Below are positions 37,601 to 50,803 of a stretch of DNA of 64,000 nt, piece by piece. The stretch comes from Callorhinchus milii (Eukaryota). Where the stretch lies: positions 20,090,001 to 20,154,000 of the forward strand of contig NW_024704743.1 of NCBI RefSeq assembly GCF_018977255.1, in the 5' to 3' direction. Position 1 is the first letter of the stretch. Each line of letters begins with the position of its first letter. Under the pieces are notes generated by a model. That model was given only the letters and a program-made list of their open reading frames with translations, did no database searches and had not been told where the DNA came from. The translations under genes were made by a program, and so were the position numbers.

Positions 37601-40600
37601 CGCACGTCGAAACGTAAGCAAGATTGCAAAGGAAAGAAATCCCAGCAATCAGTACATTCAAGTGTCAGGAATGGTCAACTGTCCTGTGGTTGGATCACTG
37701 AAACTAACCACGTAAAAAAAGCCACGTTTAATCACAATGTGTGTATTAATAGTAAAGTCGAAGGAATGTTTGCTGATGGTCAACACCACAGCGCATTTTA
37801 GGCGTCCCTCGCAGTTCGGGTTTGTTTCGAGATTACAAAAGTTCATCACACAACTCACTGAACCCAAAGTGCCCTTATTTTTTTTATTATTAATTGTGGA
37901 GTTGTGTCAGTCAGCAACAGCGATGGCAGGTGACTCCCCGAGTCAGAGCACTACTGTTTCTTGAAGGTTTGAAGTCTCCATCGCTGTATTTTGTTTTAAA
38001 AAAGGGGCACAAAATCCACATTTTGTTCTTGTTGGAAAAAGTTATACGGTTTTTTTTAAAATTAACGCCGATGTGTTGAGACTGACTTACAATGAATATG
38101 CAGAAGAAATGTATAAATAAGCAAAAAGTTCAGTGTCTCGCAGAGCAATTATATTAATTGACATTGACTACAGCGGGTTACAGGGAAAGGTCATTGCAAT
38201 TTAATTTTCGACTTTAACCCCCGATTTGAATACGCTTCTTTGTCACAAATATCTATGTATGCAAAACAAGAAATTTTCCTTATCCCATTTGTTGAGGCTG
38301 CCTTCCCCAAACTACCTTTATTTTGCCTCAAACTCCAAAGGGAATCAGAGGGGATATGGTTTAACACACTTTGGTACCAAAACTGTACCTGATATTTGTC
38401 CCGTCAAAAGACTGTGCTCATGCCGTTGATAACATTGTTTTTAAATAAAATATTTTCAAAGAAAAATATTGCCTTTGTCGAGATGTGCCTCGAAATGTAC
38501 TTTTCACACAGAAAACAAGAGACCTAACACAATGAAGTCCAGAAAGCCAGTTAGATTCGTATCATGACCAAAAGTGAAATATATCAGTAACAGCATAAAT
38601 TTAATGTGTGGGTGTGCTTCAAGCGAATTTATTTTGGCTTCACGTTCTTGTTGTATTTATTCTGCATTGTAAAACAGTCAAACGCGTGCATTTAATTGCC
38701 GGGAAGCGGAAGTTAGGAAGAAATTTCACCATAAAAGCTTTACCTGTGATTATACATTACTTCAGCATATTAAATAAGTCAGGGAGGGTTCGTGTCACCA
38801 CAAAATTGCGCGTCATCTGTGAAGAGGACTGAATAAATGGACCCAATTTCTATTTTCCATCTCCAATCGTTCTTATATTTTGTGAATGCATTGGGAGGGT
38901 GGGGGGGGGAGACGTGCAATACACTCACAACGCACTGCAATCCAATCTGTTTGCTTTCTCGCGGATGCAGAACGGAGAAAGAAGGGAATAGGTTTATATT
39001 TGCAATGGTCCAAGTCTTTAAATATATTGTACCCATTGTTCAGGTCTGCATGAGAATAAAATTGGATCTGCTTTTAATACTTTAAAGGCTAACATGAAGT
39101 CGAATTGGGGAGTTCTCCAAAGCAGCTGTTCGCTTGCAGAGTCAGAACAAAGAGAAACCCACTGATGTGGATCCTCTTGCAGTATCCAGCTTGTTTGTTC
39201 TAACCACTGTGAGTTTGGGGCAAAGCTGCTGGTTTCCCTTAAACCTATAATTGTGGGTGATACTTAATCCCCTCTTTTTCAATACAAAGGACTATTTTAA
39301 CATATTGGGGTACATTCAGTTGTAACCTCTGAGCCCTTCACAAACTGCGAGTATCAGTCTGTAAGCGAGATTATCCCTGCCACATTCAGCACAAATGATA
39401 GGTGCATAAAATCTTATTTTCGTCCCCAGTCCAGAACATTTTAATCGTCTCAACCTGTCCCTGAATTCTGCAGTCTTGTTATTTGTCAGGAACGAGTAAC
39501 TAATGACTACGTGGGCTTGTCTGGTGATTGATAACAACATATTTTACGGCGAAAAATTAATTTGTACGGAAGCGTATCCATCCAGATCCTCAATTACCTT
39601 TAATGTGTGCCTCCTGTTATTCTTTAGTAGAAGGTAATATATATATATATAAAGCAATGATATCTTCAAATACGAAACAGATTGCTGGGTTTGGCAAGTT
39701 ACTTAAAACATAATAGTAACCCTGCCAATCTGTCAAATGTTTTTTTTTCTGGATCGTAATCGAGTTCATACACATTTCACCACAATAGGCAGTTCATACC
39801 CAATGAATGGGGTTCCGCGTAAGAATATAAAAACATCGCTTGCAAAAACTGTACGTAGTTTCATTGATTTCCCCCCACCCCCACCACCACTGAATCCTCA
39901 TGGGTTCCGCCAATAACTTTCCAATCCATTGGAAGGTCTTTCTCGTGTTTTCTTCTCTCTCTTTTTTTTTAGCGATTGCCACCCCTCCCCCTCTCCATTT
40001 CCCCTTTCCTGCTTTCATAGTTAAAAAGGCAGGGGTGGGGTGGGGGGGTTTATTCGTGCAAGTTTAATTGATTTCTGTGATGCTGTAAAAAGTAATGTAA
40101 CCTTTATTTTCGGACACTCAGAACCTGCATTTTGTTTTGATGGGATTTTAAATATGCATGACAATTGATCTCTTTTACCGTTCCATCAAATGTGGGTTTT
40201 AAGTTTAAGCGGACGACCTGCAAGTTATCCTCATGATCTATAGGATTTCAAATCATCGTTTGTCGACATCAATAGGGTTAGGTTTCAAAAAAAAATTATA
40301 CATTTAAATTGCCAAACATCGAAGGATATATCCACGAATGTATGTGCTACGTGCAACTGAGCTTTAACAGAAGACCGATGTGCAGTTTCCAATTCAGGTT
40401 TTACAAAGGATAAAGACACGTATTGGTGGTTTATCAGACAATTTAAGGGGTGGGGGGTGGGGGGGAAGATGACCATAGGCTAAGATTGTTTTCACATGAA
40501 TTGAATTCCAAACAAGATATTTTTAGTTATCTGTAAGAACAAAACCACTGCAATTTGATTAAAGGGAAAAGGGCACAATTTGAAAGTAATTCTAAAATGA

Positions 40601-42093
40601 ATTCAACTTAAACCAAGGCAAAGCCTTTCTTTCCAGTCTTGTTGTTCTCTTCAGAACAGGATACCAACCATTCAAACTTTCTATCGATTGCTACCCGGGA
40701 CTGGCGCCGATAAGATTGAACAGATTGTTCAGGGTATGTTTAGAGATCCGGCCTGAACAGAGTTTAACTTCTAATGAAACGTGTTTTATCTCTTTATTTA
40801 CGCCAAGCGAGGCAGTATAGATTGTGTACTGGATTCATCTGGTTACAGTCTAGAAACATTTCTGGGAGGAAAGACAATAAAAATTCACACAGAAACAGAG
40901 AACAGTGTATGTTGAATGATTAAAGAGAACGGGACACATTTTCACGACAAGCTCACAATATTTTCTCACGTTGAAATCCATTTTATGGAAACAGTTACCG
41001 TTGCTTAAACAATATTAAGAGCTTCGCCCAAGACGTGAGCTGCAGTCACTCACACGCGTCAGCTGTTGAGACACATCTGATCAACTGATGTTTGTTACCA
41101 ATAAACAATATATCGACATCAGAAGAGATTGGTGGGTTGGGGGTGGGTTGGGAATTGGGGGTTGAGGACATTCTTCCGTCCCTTGACCCACATTACAGTA
41201 CAGACTCACATTGGCCATGTTTCCCCCCTCCCTTTTTTTCAGAAGAAAACCCTTGAAGAAAGAAACACAGAACTTCGGTACCATAAGCCATCCAAAGGGA
41301 AAGCGAGTCTGCAACGTGGGTAGTGCAGAATAACAGGCAGTTTGGAAGTAAAAAATTAACAACACGCCTCCACTTGGGGAAAATATCCCATACCCACGTG
41401 TCACCAGGGCTCTTCCCTGCTGAGTCCTTTGCTGTCTCTGGGAATACCGATCGCAGATTAATGAAAGTAGCCTGTTTGTTCTCAAAATCCCAGTTTTTTT
41501 TAAAAAAAACACCATAAATTTAACCAGCGGATATTTCAGGCTCCCCCCTCCCACCCCCTCACCCCCTTGCCTCGCCCCTTCTTTCTAATAAAAGAAGAAA
41601 ATCAAGTAATTGCGATGAGGAGCAAACTTTGAGATTGTGATCAAATCAATATATTGATGGAACCTCGATTTTCTGAGCGATTCTTAATGGTTTCGACGAT
41701 ACGTTCCTCGGTGGAAAGTTTCTGAACCTGTGAGCAGAGTTGTGTTCCCAGTAGGTTGTTTCTATTATACAAATGGTCCATGCTTCACAAATAACCAGAA
41801 TCTTAACAAGCACAACCTTCAAATCCAATTGCAATGTTTCCTGTTAAAAAAGGAGCAGCGATCTGAACTCCGTTATGTGATATCTGTCTGTTTTATGGTC
41901 AGAATATGTTAGTAGCAATGTAGTTATCCTTCCCTCTTTGACCTGAAACTACAAGACGGTACATTCTACTCTAAAGAAAGGATATTTTCTAAAGAAAGGT
42001 CACAAACGTGGGGTAATTCAAATATGGATATTTTTAAAAATCTAATTCAACAAATAACTGCACTGTGTGTGTGTATATATATATATATAATTG

Positions 42094-42128
<35 letters not shown>

Positions 42129-43399
42129 ACAAACTGGGATCTTGTGATTAGCATTTTAGGCTCTGTACTGACCAGCAGTGTATTTGATTTTTTTTTAATT
42201 TTCAGTGTAAATATAACATGTTTTGTATTACGTACGTGTGTCTGATAAAACTGATCATCCAGCGACTAGATGAAGCTATTGTTTTGGGAAGAGGACGCCC
42301 AGCTTGCAGTTTGGATCCTTGTTTTTGCAAGGCACGCAAGGCCAACATTTACTGTTCCTTGATTGCAGCAATGACCAGGTTAGCCCATAAACCCATTCAC
42401 GCCTAACAATGGGGATTCTCTCCACAATTAACAAGAAACAACATAATAAAGTCGTTTACAAAGAGCTGACTATTTACGATAAATTATCCAGTCTTTAGGA
42501 GAGCAGTGCGTAATTTCACACGCTTTATAGCAAACTCATTTCAGGGGCACACACACACACACACATAAACAATGCTACCTCACCCTTTTTCTCCCCTGAT
42601 TTTTTTTAAAGAGCACAAAATTCTCCCTATAACCTCCCACGAATTCCGACGTTGTACTTTGTGAATCAGCATTGTCGTTAAGGTGTGTATGATTGCCTGG
42701 AGTGATCCAAAATCTTTTAACTGTATATTATTCTGCATTCAAAATTATTCACACATCTTAAAAATAAGAGATTTTTTTAAAAAAAAATGTAACAATTCCC
42801 CACCACTTTAGGATACCCTTTGAAGATTAAAAATGGTGGTTTGAAACGGTTGGGCATTAAAATGGATTTTTTTTAATCAGCGTTATTAACTGTCAAATGT
42901 CATTAACTCCGCAAAGGAGGGATTCGGAGCAATTGCTAACAATCCTTGAATTTGCGAGATTTAGCTTAATTTGTACTGTTTTGGGGAAGGAGGGGGTGTG
43001 GAGCAGCAAACTAGGAAAGCACAAAGAAAACTGAAGAAACCTCCTTATAACAGCGAAATTAACATGTGAACTGCAGGAAACAGAGAGGGCAAATTGCTAA
43101 CCACACACACACACACACACACACACACAGCCTCGCCATCTTTAATGGAGTTTAAATTCCAGTTTATTTTTTAACACGCTGCAGCTTAATACGTGGAGTA
43201 AATGTCAGAGAGGCGTATGTTATAAATCAAACTTATAAAAGGAAGATCTGTTCCGCCTAAACTAATGAGGTAGTCACAATTTCAGTAAACACTAGTTCTA
43301 ACTGAGTGACAACAAAGACATGGGGCTGAGTGGAGCAATATGGCGGCAATTTGAAGTATTTCCTAACAGATTTAGTTGAAAAAAATGACTGTTATCTTG

Positions 43400-43405
43400 T
43401 TTATT
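43400..43405 (-). other. Candidate distal polyadenylation signal of SKIDA1 (alternatives at ~44738-44743 and 45727-45732)
   Basis: AATAAA on the minus strand followed by CA and a T-run, with upstream TGTA motifs including TGTATATA (43473-43480). Confidence 0.35.
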
Positions 43406-46400
43406 TCAACTTATTTTACGGTGAATGCCTTGAATTCTGGCACCCAAGTAATATTTATGCCACATGTACAAATATATACATCTATATATAATTTCATAAT
43501 GCCAAATGTTTTGCTCAGGTTTAAATATCATGCCCACTAACTAGCTAAACAATGTAGTCCATTCATTATACTTGCTATAGGACACGCATAGGCATTTGCA
43601 GTTTCTCAGATCATACCAGTTTTAGTAACTATAAAATAAGTGGCACTGACCCTGAAAGTGGCCTTTGTTTGCAAACACAGCTGTTGCAATCTTTACATTG
43701 CAAACTAAGGTATGCACCAGCAGAGAATCAAATACGAAGGTTGATGTGAGGAGAAATCAGGCATCTGGAGAGGACAGGCAGTCTTGTTTTGAAACTGTCA
43801 GTCCACTAAACCCCTATTGTGAAAGCTTCATGCAAAAATCTACCAGCCTTTACTGCATTAGTTTCAGGCCGCCTCAAAGTAGTTGCATGTTAAGACAGAC
43901 CCCCAATAACTGCATTAGCAGAACAATAAAGAAAACTTTTAAAAAGTAGAAGAGGACGGCAACAATTATTTTAAAACTTTTGAAAAGAAACGAGATGGCT
44001 CTTTGCAAACGTATGTGCTCACTGTTTATACAAGGCTGCGCTGTTGTTTCAACATCAAAATGCATTTTAACTCTCATCATCCATATGAATATAGTTGAAA
44101 ACATAGTTTGACCCTTTTGAGCAGCCATCTACAAACCTAGAGATACCTGCTTTAATTAAATTATGGTTGCTTGGAGAGTAATTACTGTGTCTTAAGGTAA
44201 ATAACAGGAAACGTAGTTGTTTTTGTTGAGGGGAGCATTTGTGTGATGGTTTTCCCACAGCTGATTTGTGCAGTATTTCAAATGTTTTTAAATCGGTGGT
44301 TAACCAATAAAACATTCTTTAAGAAAAACACTCTTAGGATAAATCATTGCAATATAGACTGCTAATAAGTCACATATGTCAACAATGCCAAAGTGCTCTA
44401 CAGTTAGCAGCACATTAACTTAAATAAGCAATGTGTCATGTTTTTTGCTGGTAGAATATTTCGCTCTATTTACGTACATGGGATGTGGATAACATGATTG
44501 TGAACTATAATAGTTGCAGTGGAAGCTTCTGTTTTAACTATTAGAGTAAAACGTTTCGAAAAACACGTGTAGTAATGGAGTATGAGAAGCATTGTGGATA
44601 GGATCGAGAGCTGAAATTACCCACTGTCTGGTTCGAATATCGAGTGACCTTGGGAGATATAACAAGGGACAGGTCTGTGGTGTTAGGGGGATTCCAATTG
44701 GTGTTCACTAGTACTGCTTAACCGCAGTTAGTTGTACTTTATTCTATCTGTTTTGAGTCATAATTTAAATTGCAATAACTGGGTTTAAACAATGAAATTA
44801 CATGGGAAGATGTGCAGAAGACAAATACTCACACCACAAGTAAAATAACAACTTTCATTCGAGATACTCTTCTTAATGCACATGGCAGCTCATGCTCTTG
44901 AAATTCCCTTTGATGTATTTATACAAAGTTCTTGGATATGCTGATGTATTGTGAAAATTATTTCACAAACACCAGCATGTACTCTCTGTTCTGCGCTTTG
45001 GGAAATCTATACACTTTAGCTTGTGCAAAGTACATACTTAACATTTGCTTTGCTAAATCTTTTAACTTTTTTAAAAAAACATTTCCCTTAGATTTGCAAA
45101 GTTGACACTACATTTATGTTAAACAATCACACTTATCTTGCGTATCTCAGAACTATAAAACGTTCTTATTGTGTGCAAAATACCTAATTAACATGTTGTT
45201 TGTCGATCTACTTAACTGGAAATCTTAAATAAAAATGCTAATTCAACTTAGCTTTTACATTTTAAAGTACTGTATACTTTTAACAGCATACTTGATTCCA
45301 TAAAGAGGAACCACGTATTTATGCTACACAACTGGGGTGTATTCAAATGAAAGGCAAAATGAAATAAATTTTAACAGTGCAAAATTCTCCAGACCTTTCT
45401 GGGCCCCTTGACTATAGTAAACAAAAATGCTCAAATCATTGCATTAAGGCTTATATTTTCGGATTTCTGCTTTCTGAGAGGTTGGTAATATGTTGACTGA
45501 TTGTCATTTGCAGCATTCCTGGTATGTTTGGCGAGGGTTTGTTATCTGCACCACATGCAGGATTAGTTTTGTTTCGTGCTGTTTTGTAAGGCCCCGAAAA
45601 ACCCCTGCAAGTTGTAACGTTAGCCACGTGCCTGCGTTATTTCTTCATTGTCTAGAAATTAAAATATTTTAAAAAATCTAATTTCCCTAAAATGAAAGAT
45701 CCTTGACTTTTGAGTGACCCCCACTTTTTATTTGTTTCAAACATCTATTTGGCTCTACTTTTTTAAAAAAAAATAATGTCATTTTGTGCAATAAACTGAA
45801 AATATGTATGAATCATGAGGGCTATAGCTAGGATTGACTCTGTGGCTATTCTCGAACAGTTCAGTGATGGGCGTTTAAAGCAGTTATTTTACGTTTCAGA
45901 ACTAAAGACAACAAAGCTTTTAAATCAGAAGGCTGCTTGCGCTTATCTAACTGAACACCCCTGATAGGGACTCTTTCAAGATAAAAGCTTATTTTTTTAA
46001 TATAGAATGACGGCCATATTGACTCAGATAGAAAGTACAGTTTTTGCACCTTTTTTAAAAAAAAGTTAAATACACATTCTTACTTTGCTACCGACCCAAT
46101 ATCGTGCAATCAATCACTCAGGCAAAACAGCAAGTCGTTTGCGATTAAAACTGTAGTGCATAAATTTAATGGCTCATTTCTAACATTTCACTATGTCGAT
46201 TTTTTGACGTACAATTTTTGCAGTTAATCTTCTGCAGGTACTGGCTTATCATTTGAACATTTTAGTATCATTTTAATTTAACTCTTCGAAAACAGCCGTA
46301 AAACAACCTCAAAGTGACATCAGTAGTTCAGAAAAAAAGTGTGGTGGTGTGGAATGTCTTGATCAGCGGACAGTGGCGTTTGGCAAATCAAACAGAGACC

Positions 46401-46598
46401 TATCCACACTGAAAACGTTTGGGATTTTTGTGTGTTTTTTTTAAAAAAAAAACATTTTTCCAGTATTGATGAAATGTTGCTGGATCTTGAAGATGCTTAT
46501 CCGGTCAGGGTCTGTGTGACAAAAACAAAAGCAGGAGTGTGCTGCTTTAGTGTAAATGTGCTCGTGGAGAAGTTTGGCCATCCCAAAAAATATCCATT

Positions 46599-49046
46599 TT
46601 ACACGTTAAACCTTCTGAATTTATGGCTAGGCGGGAGAGGTACAGGAGCACCTCCCAGCTGCCATTTCCACACAGGATGGGCCTTCTGAGGTGAATCGGG
46701 ATCCTTAGTAGTGTTCAGTGAATAGGCAGGGCACAGATCTCCATCCTTGCCAATAATTAGTGACGGTGGAGAGGGAAAATTTGCCATGAAATTAAATGGC
46801 TTTTTCACTAAAGATGCTACACCGTTGGCTACTCGCTTACGTTTACTTGCACCAGCAAATTCTTCCAGTGTTCCTTCATGCACATCTGTTTTACCTGTAA
46901 GCCGCGGATTCTCTGATTTCACAAGTGTTTTGACTGACGCGCTCTGCAAAGTCTGCTGTTTCCCCAACACCAGAGTCCTGTAATTCCTTCTGATTCGAGC
47001 ACCGTTTCGAAACTCGTAGTCCTCTAACACCGGGGCGCTTAAAGTGCGTTGAAGTTCCTCGCTCGGTCCGGGTACGGTTTGGGAAGTGGTGGCTTTTTCA
47101 GTGCACGTACAACTTTCCTGCGCTCTTGTCAGGAAACAGGCTCGCGTTTTGCTTTCTCTTAAAGTGGTGACTGCTGGCTTGGAGACATTGCACCCGTACG
47201 TTAGTTTCTTTCGAGGCTGTTGAGTGACGCCTCCGTACTCTTCTTCGCAGCTATTTTCTTCCAGTTTGACTGTAACATTGTGCAGAATTGTCTGCCCCAT
47301 CTCCGCATCGTTACCCTGATCTTGGACCGCGGGGCCTTTGCTGTTATCCGCGTTTAACCTCTGGAGAGCCGAGGAGAGTTTGATGAAGTTGCCGATTTTC
47401 GATTCTTTTTCCGCGTTTGCTGCTGGTGCAGGATCGTGCTCTGCCGGTTCAGAAACTATTGCCACATCGTTGTCTTCTGCACAGTGTGATATAGATGCTT
47501 CCAGGCATTCCTTCGCCTCTGTTAATGTTCTTTGTTGTGGAAAGTCAGTGTTTCCCTGTGGGCTCGGTGCGCCCCCCCTCTCTTTAACACAGTTAATTGT
47601 CGATTCAGTCCTCCTTAGATAATGTGATATTTCGGAGTGGGGGAATGCGATTTCTGATAGCCTGTCGTTACTTAGCTCAGCAAAACAACTCACAGAGCCG
47701 GCAGAACAGCACACGCTGTGTGGCTTGTTAGTACAGTTCAGCTCGTTCCTTTTCACGATGGACGCGGACTTTAAATTACAATGGGAGGGTTTCCCCTCCA
47801 GGAATCCACCGGCAGCTGTGTCAAACACCACGTTGTTTTTGGCTTGGAATTGGTAGTGGAAAGTCGGCTGCGACAGGACCAGGGGTTTGCTGGAGCTGCT
47901 CGAGAAACTGGTGCGCCTGAATCTTATGCTTTGCATGGAAACTTGGCTTGAAACGGAGCTGGAATCAGAGTCGGACGAGCTGTCCTCGTCACTGGCGGAG
48001 GTCACATCGGAGGAGTCCGACAGCGAGTCTTCCTCATCGTCTGAAGAAGCCGAGTTGCTGGAACTGGACAAGCTTGACCCGAAGTCCGAGTCGTTGTCAA
48101 TGCGATCAGAAAAGGAGCTGGATTCCGAGTCGCTGCTGCAGCTCTCTTGCAACGTCCCGTGGTTGCAATACAATCCGCTGGCGATGTGAAATTTATTCAA
48201 GCCCTGATCCCCCCCTTTCGCTTTGCAGGATTTGGGGGCAGCTGTCGCCAACAGGACTCGCCTGGCGGAGCTCAGGCTCCCCGAGTGTTTCTGAGAGATT
48301 TCGCAGGAACTTTTCCTTCTGAAATAATAAGTCAAGCCGGTGGCGCTGGGAGACTTGGGATGATAGGCGAGGGAGGATTGGTAGAACACGGGATGTCTGC
48401 AAATCATGCTCCGGAATAACGAGTGATTCGTGTGAAATGCTACATAATTGCTCGATATTTCGGCAGTTTCATAGTTTTCGGGGGTTTTGCAATGCGATCG
48501 CACCATTTCAGTGTAGCTGTGGCTGGTGAATTTGCTGTAGAATTGAGGTAGATCGGACGCCGGGAGCGAACTGACGTCTCCTTGCAAAGCTTTGCTCTTC
48601 CCAGCCAAGGGCTGGGGTTTTCCATTCAAACTCAACCAAACTTTGTTCTCCTTGAAAAAACTTGAGTAGGGATCAGGGGGGGTTTTCTCCTGTCTGATTT
48701 GGGTTGCTGACAAGGTTCGGTTAATTTTTCTCCTCTTGGTTTTAAGAACTCGTTCAGTCTTGCACGACGTGTACAAGGCTTCAACATCCTCCCGAGATAT
48801 CAGAGTACATTTGGCTGCGTGAAAAGCGATAGAATGTATCGCCTTGAGTTTCCTCAATTCCTCCAAATCGCAGTGGTGTTTCTTCACGTTCAGATGATCC
48901 ATCCTTTTGTGCACCGTTGTCCTGGGTATGTTTTTCAGCAGATTGGTGAACACTTGTGAAAGGGCAAACATTTGCTTCCCTTTAATTATAAGATAGCCAA
49001 GTCTCACGCCATCCACCTCTTCATAACCCGACTCCAAGTCTCCCAT
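46599..49046 (-). CDS. SKIDA1: SKI/DACH domain-containing protein 1, single coding exon (815 aa from the conserved Met; the ORF extends 23 codons further to an ATG at 49115)
   Basis: 838-codon uninterrupted ORF. The N-terminus MGDLESGYEEVDGVRLGYLIIKGKQMFALSQVFTNLLKNIPRTTVHKRMDHL...KCTLISREDVEALYTSCKTERVLKTKRR is the SKI/SNO/DAC domain as in vertebrate SKIDA1. A central Ser/Asp tract ends in QSIRFRRTSF, and the C-terminus PFNFMANFPSPPSLIIGKDGDL.PAYSL...WKWQLGG..PLPPSHKFR matches SKIDA1. Adjacent to MLLT10 as in other vertebrates. Confidence 0.97.
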   Translation of the reverse strand: MGDLESGYEEVDGVRLGYLIIKGKQMFALSQVFTNLLKNIPRTTVHKRMDHLNVKKHHCDLEELRKLKAIHSIAFHAAKCTLISREDVEALYTSCKTERVLKTKRRKINRTLSATQIRQEKTPPDPYSSFFKENKVWLSLNGKPQPLAGKSKALQGDVSSLPASDLPQFYSKFTSHSYTEMVRSHCKTPENYETAEISSNYVAFHTNHSLFRSMICRHPVFYQSSLAYHPKSPSATGLTYYFRRKSSCEISQKHSGSLSSARRVLLATAAPKSCKAKGGDQGLNKFHIASGLYCNHGTLQESCSSDSESSSFSDRIDNDSDFGSSLSSSSNSASSDDEEDSLSDSSDVTSASDEDSSSDSDSSSVSSQVSMQSIRFRRTSFSSSSSKPLVLSQPTFHYQFQAKNNVVFDTAAGGFLEGKPSHCNLKSASIVKRNELNCTNKPHSVCCSAGSVSCFAELSNDRLSEIAFPHSEISHYLRRTESTINCVKERGGAPSPQGNTDFPQQRTLTEAKECLEASISHCAEDNDVAIVSEPAEHDPAPAANAEKESKIGNFIKLSSALQRLNADNSKGPAVQDQGNDAEMGQTILHNVTVKLEENSCEEEYGGVTQQPRKKLTYGCNVSKPAVTTLRESKTRACFLTRAQESCTCTEKATTSQTVPGPSEELQRTLSAPVLEDYEFRNGARIRRNYRTLVLGKQQTLQSASVKTLVKSENPRLTGKTDVHEGTLEEFAGASKRKRVANGVASLVKKPFNFMANFPSPPSLIIGKDGDLCPAYSLNTTKDPDSPQKAHPVWKWQLGGAPVPLPPSHKFRRFNV

Positions 49047-49274
49047 GTCGCCAGCTAAATTATGTCCCACATTCGCTGGAGAAAACATCGACTGCGGAAA
49101 TACGACATTCCTCATGGCATCCTGTTTAAAAACACATATAAATTATTGTTTCTGGTACGGCTGATTTAAAAAAAAACTTGGGATTTATTTCATACATATG
49201 GTAACACAAAATCATATATACATAGTCCATATATGTATACCTACATATAGCAAAACGATCGGAATCGCCTGTTG

Positions 49275-49305
<31 letters not shown>

Positions 49306-49354
49306 AATATATATGCAATGCAGCTTAATTTCCAGGTTCTGCTTCTCGCAATAC

Positions 49355-49392
49355 CTGCAATCTTTTAATGTCCCCAAATAGTCAGAGATGTA
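49355..49392 (-). other. Candidate small non-coding 5'UTR exon of SKIDA1 (intron 49122-49354 to the coding exon)
   Basis: Minus strand: ~70-nt CT tract + ctgttcag| acceptor at 49393/49392; donor CAG|gtattg at 49355/49354; downstream acceptor tttttaaacag| at 49122/49121. Confidence 0.4.
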
Positions 49393-49449
49393 CTGAACAG
49401 GAAAGAATGGAGAGAGGGGAAAGAGAGGAGAGAGGAGAGAGGAGAGGAG

Positions 49450-49720
49450 AGAGAGAGAGAGAGAGTGAGCAATGCAGCTGCTATTCCCGCCGCTGCTTCT
49501 CCCACAAATAAGATGACAGAGTGAAGTGAGCTCGTCTGGAGACACCTTCATCAATTAATTCCCCCGAAGCGAGCTCTGATTGGATGCCACTGACAGGTGA
49601 TGCAATAAAAATTGATATTCCACCCCCTTCCTCAAAAAAAAATCTCCCACTAATTAGCATAGCCTTATACTCCCACCCTCTTGCTAAAGTAAATACAGTT
49701 AGTATGCAAATCTTTAATAT
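49450..49720 (-). promoter_or_regulatory. Candidate SKIDA1 proximal promoter or regulatory block
   Basis: CCAATCAG on the minus strand (ctgattgg ~49576-49583), TGACAG (MEIS-type) sites, octamer ATGCAAAT 49704-49711, variant taattagcat 49651-49660 and FOX-like gtaaata ~49689, all within ~700 bp of the start codon. Confidence 0.45.
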
Positions 49721-50771
49721 ATACACTGCCCGACAAAACATCATCCACAAAAGCACTCCAGCAGCTGCGAGCTACCTGGTTTATTTCATATATTTATTTG
49801 TGCGTCTCTCGAGGCTGCAGGACGTTCAACGCGCACAGCGGATGTCTGCATTTTCTAGTTTGCTTTCCACGGTTACTTTCTACGTTATTCGGGGTCGGCA
49901 AACGGATTGCAAATATTGAATCGGACGTTGTTTGTGTGTCGTATTTATTCGAAGAAAGAAAGACTGCCCCCCCCCCCCCACCCCCCCCCACACCCCACTC
50001 CCCACTCCCCCGTTTTTGCTTTATCGAAAGGCCATGGGCGACATTTTTTTCAAGTCAAAAGTTCCTGTGCTCTTTTCTAAGAAAATATATATTAATAATG
50101 TAGTATTTTTTGATTTTGAAATAAATGATTTGTACTCTTGAAGGAAATCACCTCCATAGACCCAGCGCAGTTCGCTTACTCAAGATTGAACGCCCATCCA
50201 GAGAGGAATTGAATTGTATTCTTTGCTCTATACGCTGCTACGTTTTGAGCAACATATATGCTTTATGCCTCAAAAAGAGATAAAATATATGGCAGCACAG
50301 CATACAATGGGAGGTTTCTAAAAGTACTTCATCGTGCATATGATATTTCTTGACTAAAATATTGTTTGCGGTAAGCTTGAATACACTGTTAACATTGTCG
50401 TGGGTCTACAAATATAAATTCACTGAATGCAAAGCTCATTTTCACATTCTTCAACACGTATAAAGTGTGTCCACAAAATGCAGTTATTACCCAACCCAAC
50501 AACCAGAAGTTTGTGAAAATAAATAGAATTTCTTGAAATTGGCGAACAGCGGAAGATTGTTGCAATTTACAAGTACCGTTTTAATGATAGTTAATAATAA
50601 CTTGCATTTCTGTGGCGCCCTTCGCATAAAAGGCACGTTTTTCAAAATGCTTGCCGAATAGGGTGAGAGGCTTGAATCAAGTTGTACGTTTTGGAAAGGT
50701 TAGAATTGGTCTTTGGAGGAAGCAGTTTGAAATGGTAGTGTGCAGCTGCCCCCTCCCCACACACTCTCCCC

Positions 50772-50803
<32 letters not shown>

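Noticed and set aside
46747..48419. Antisense ORFs within SKIDA1
   Set aside because: Expected shadows of a long coding sequence; no independent evidence.
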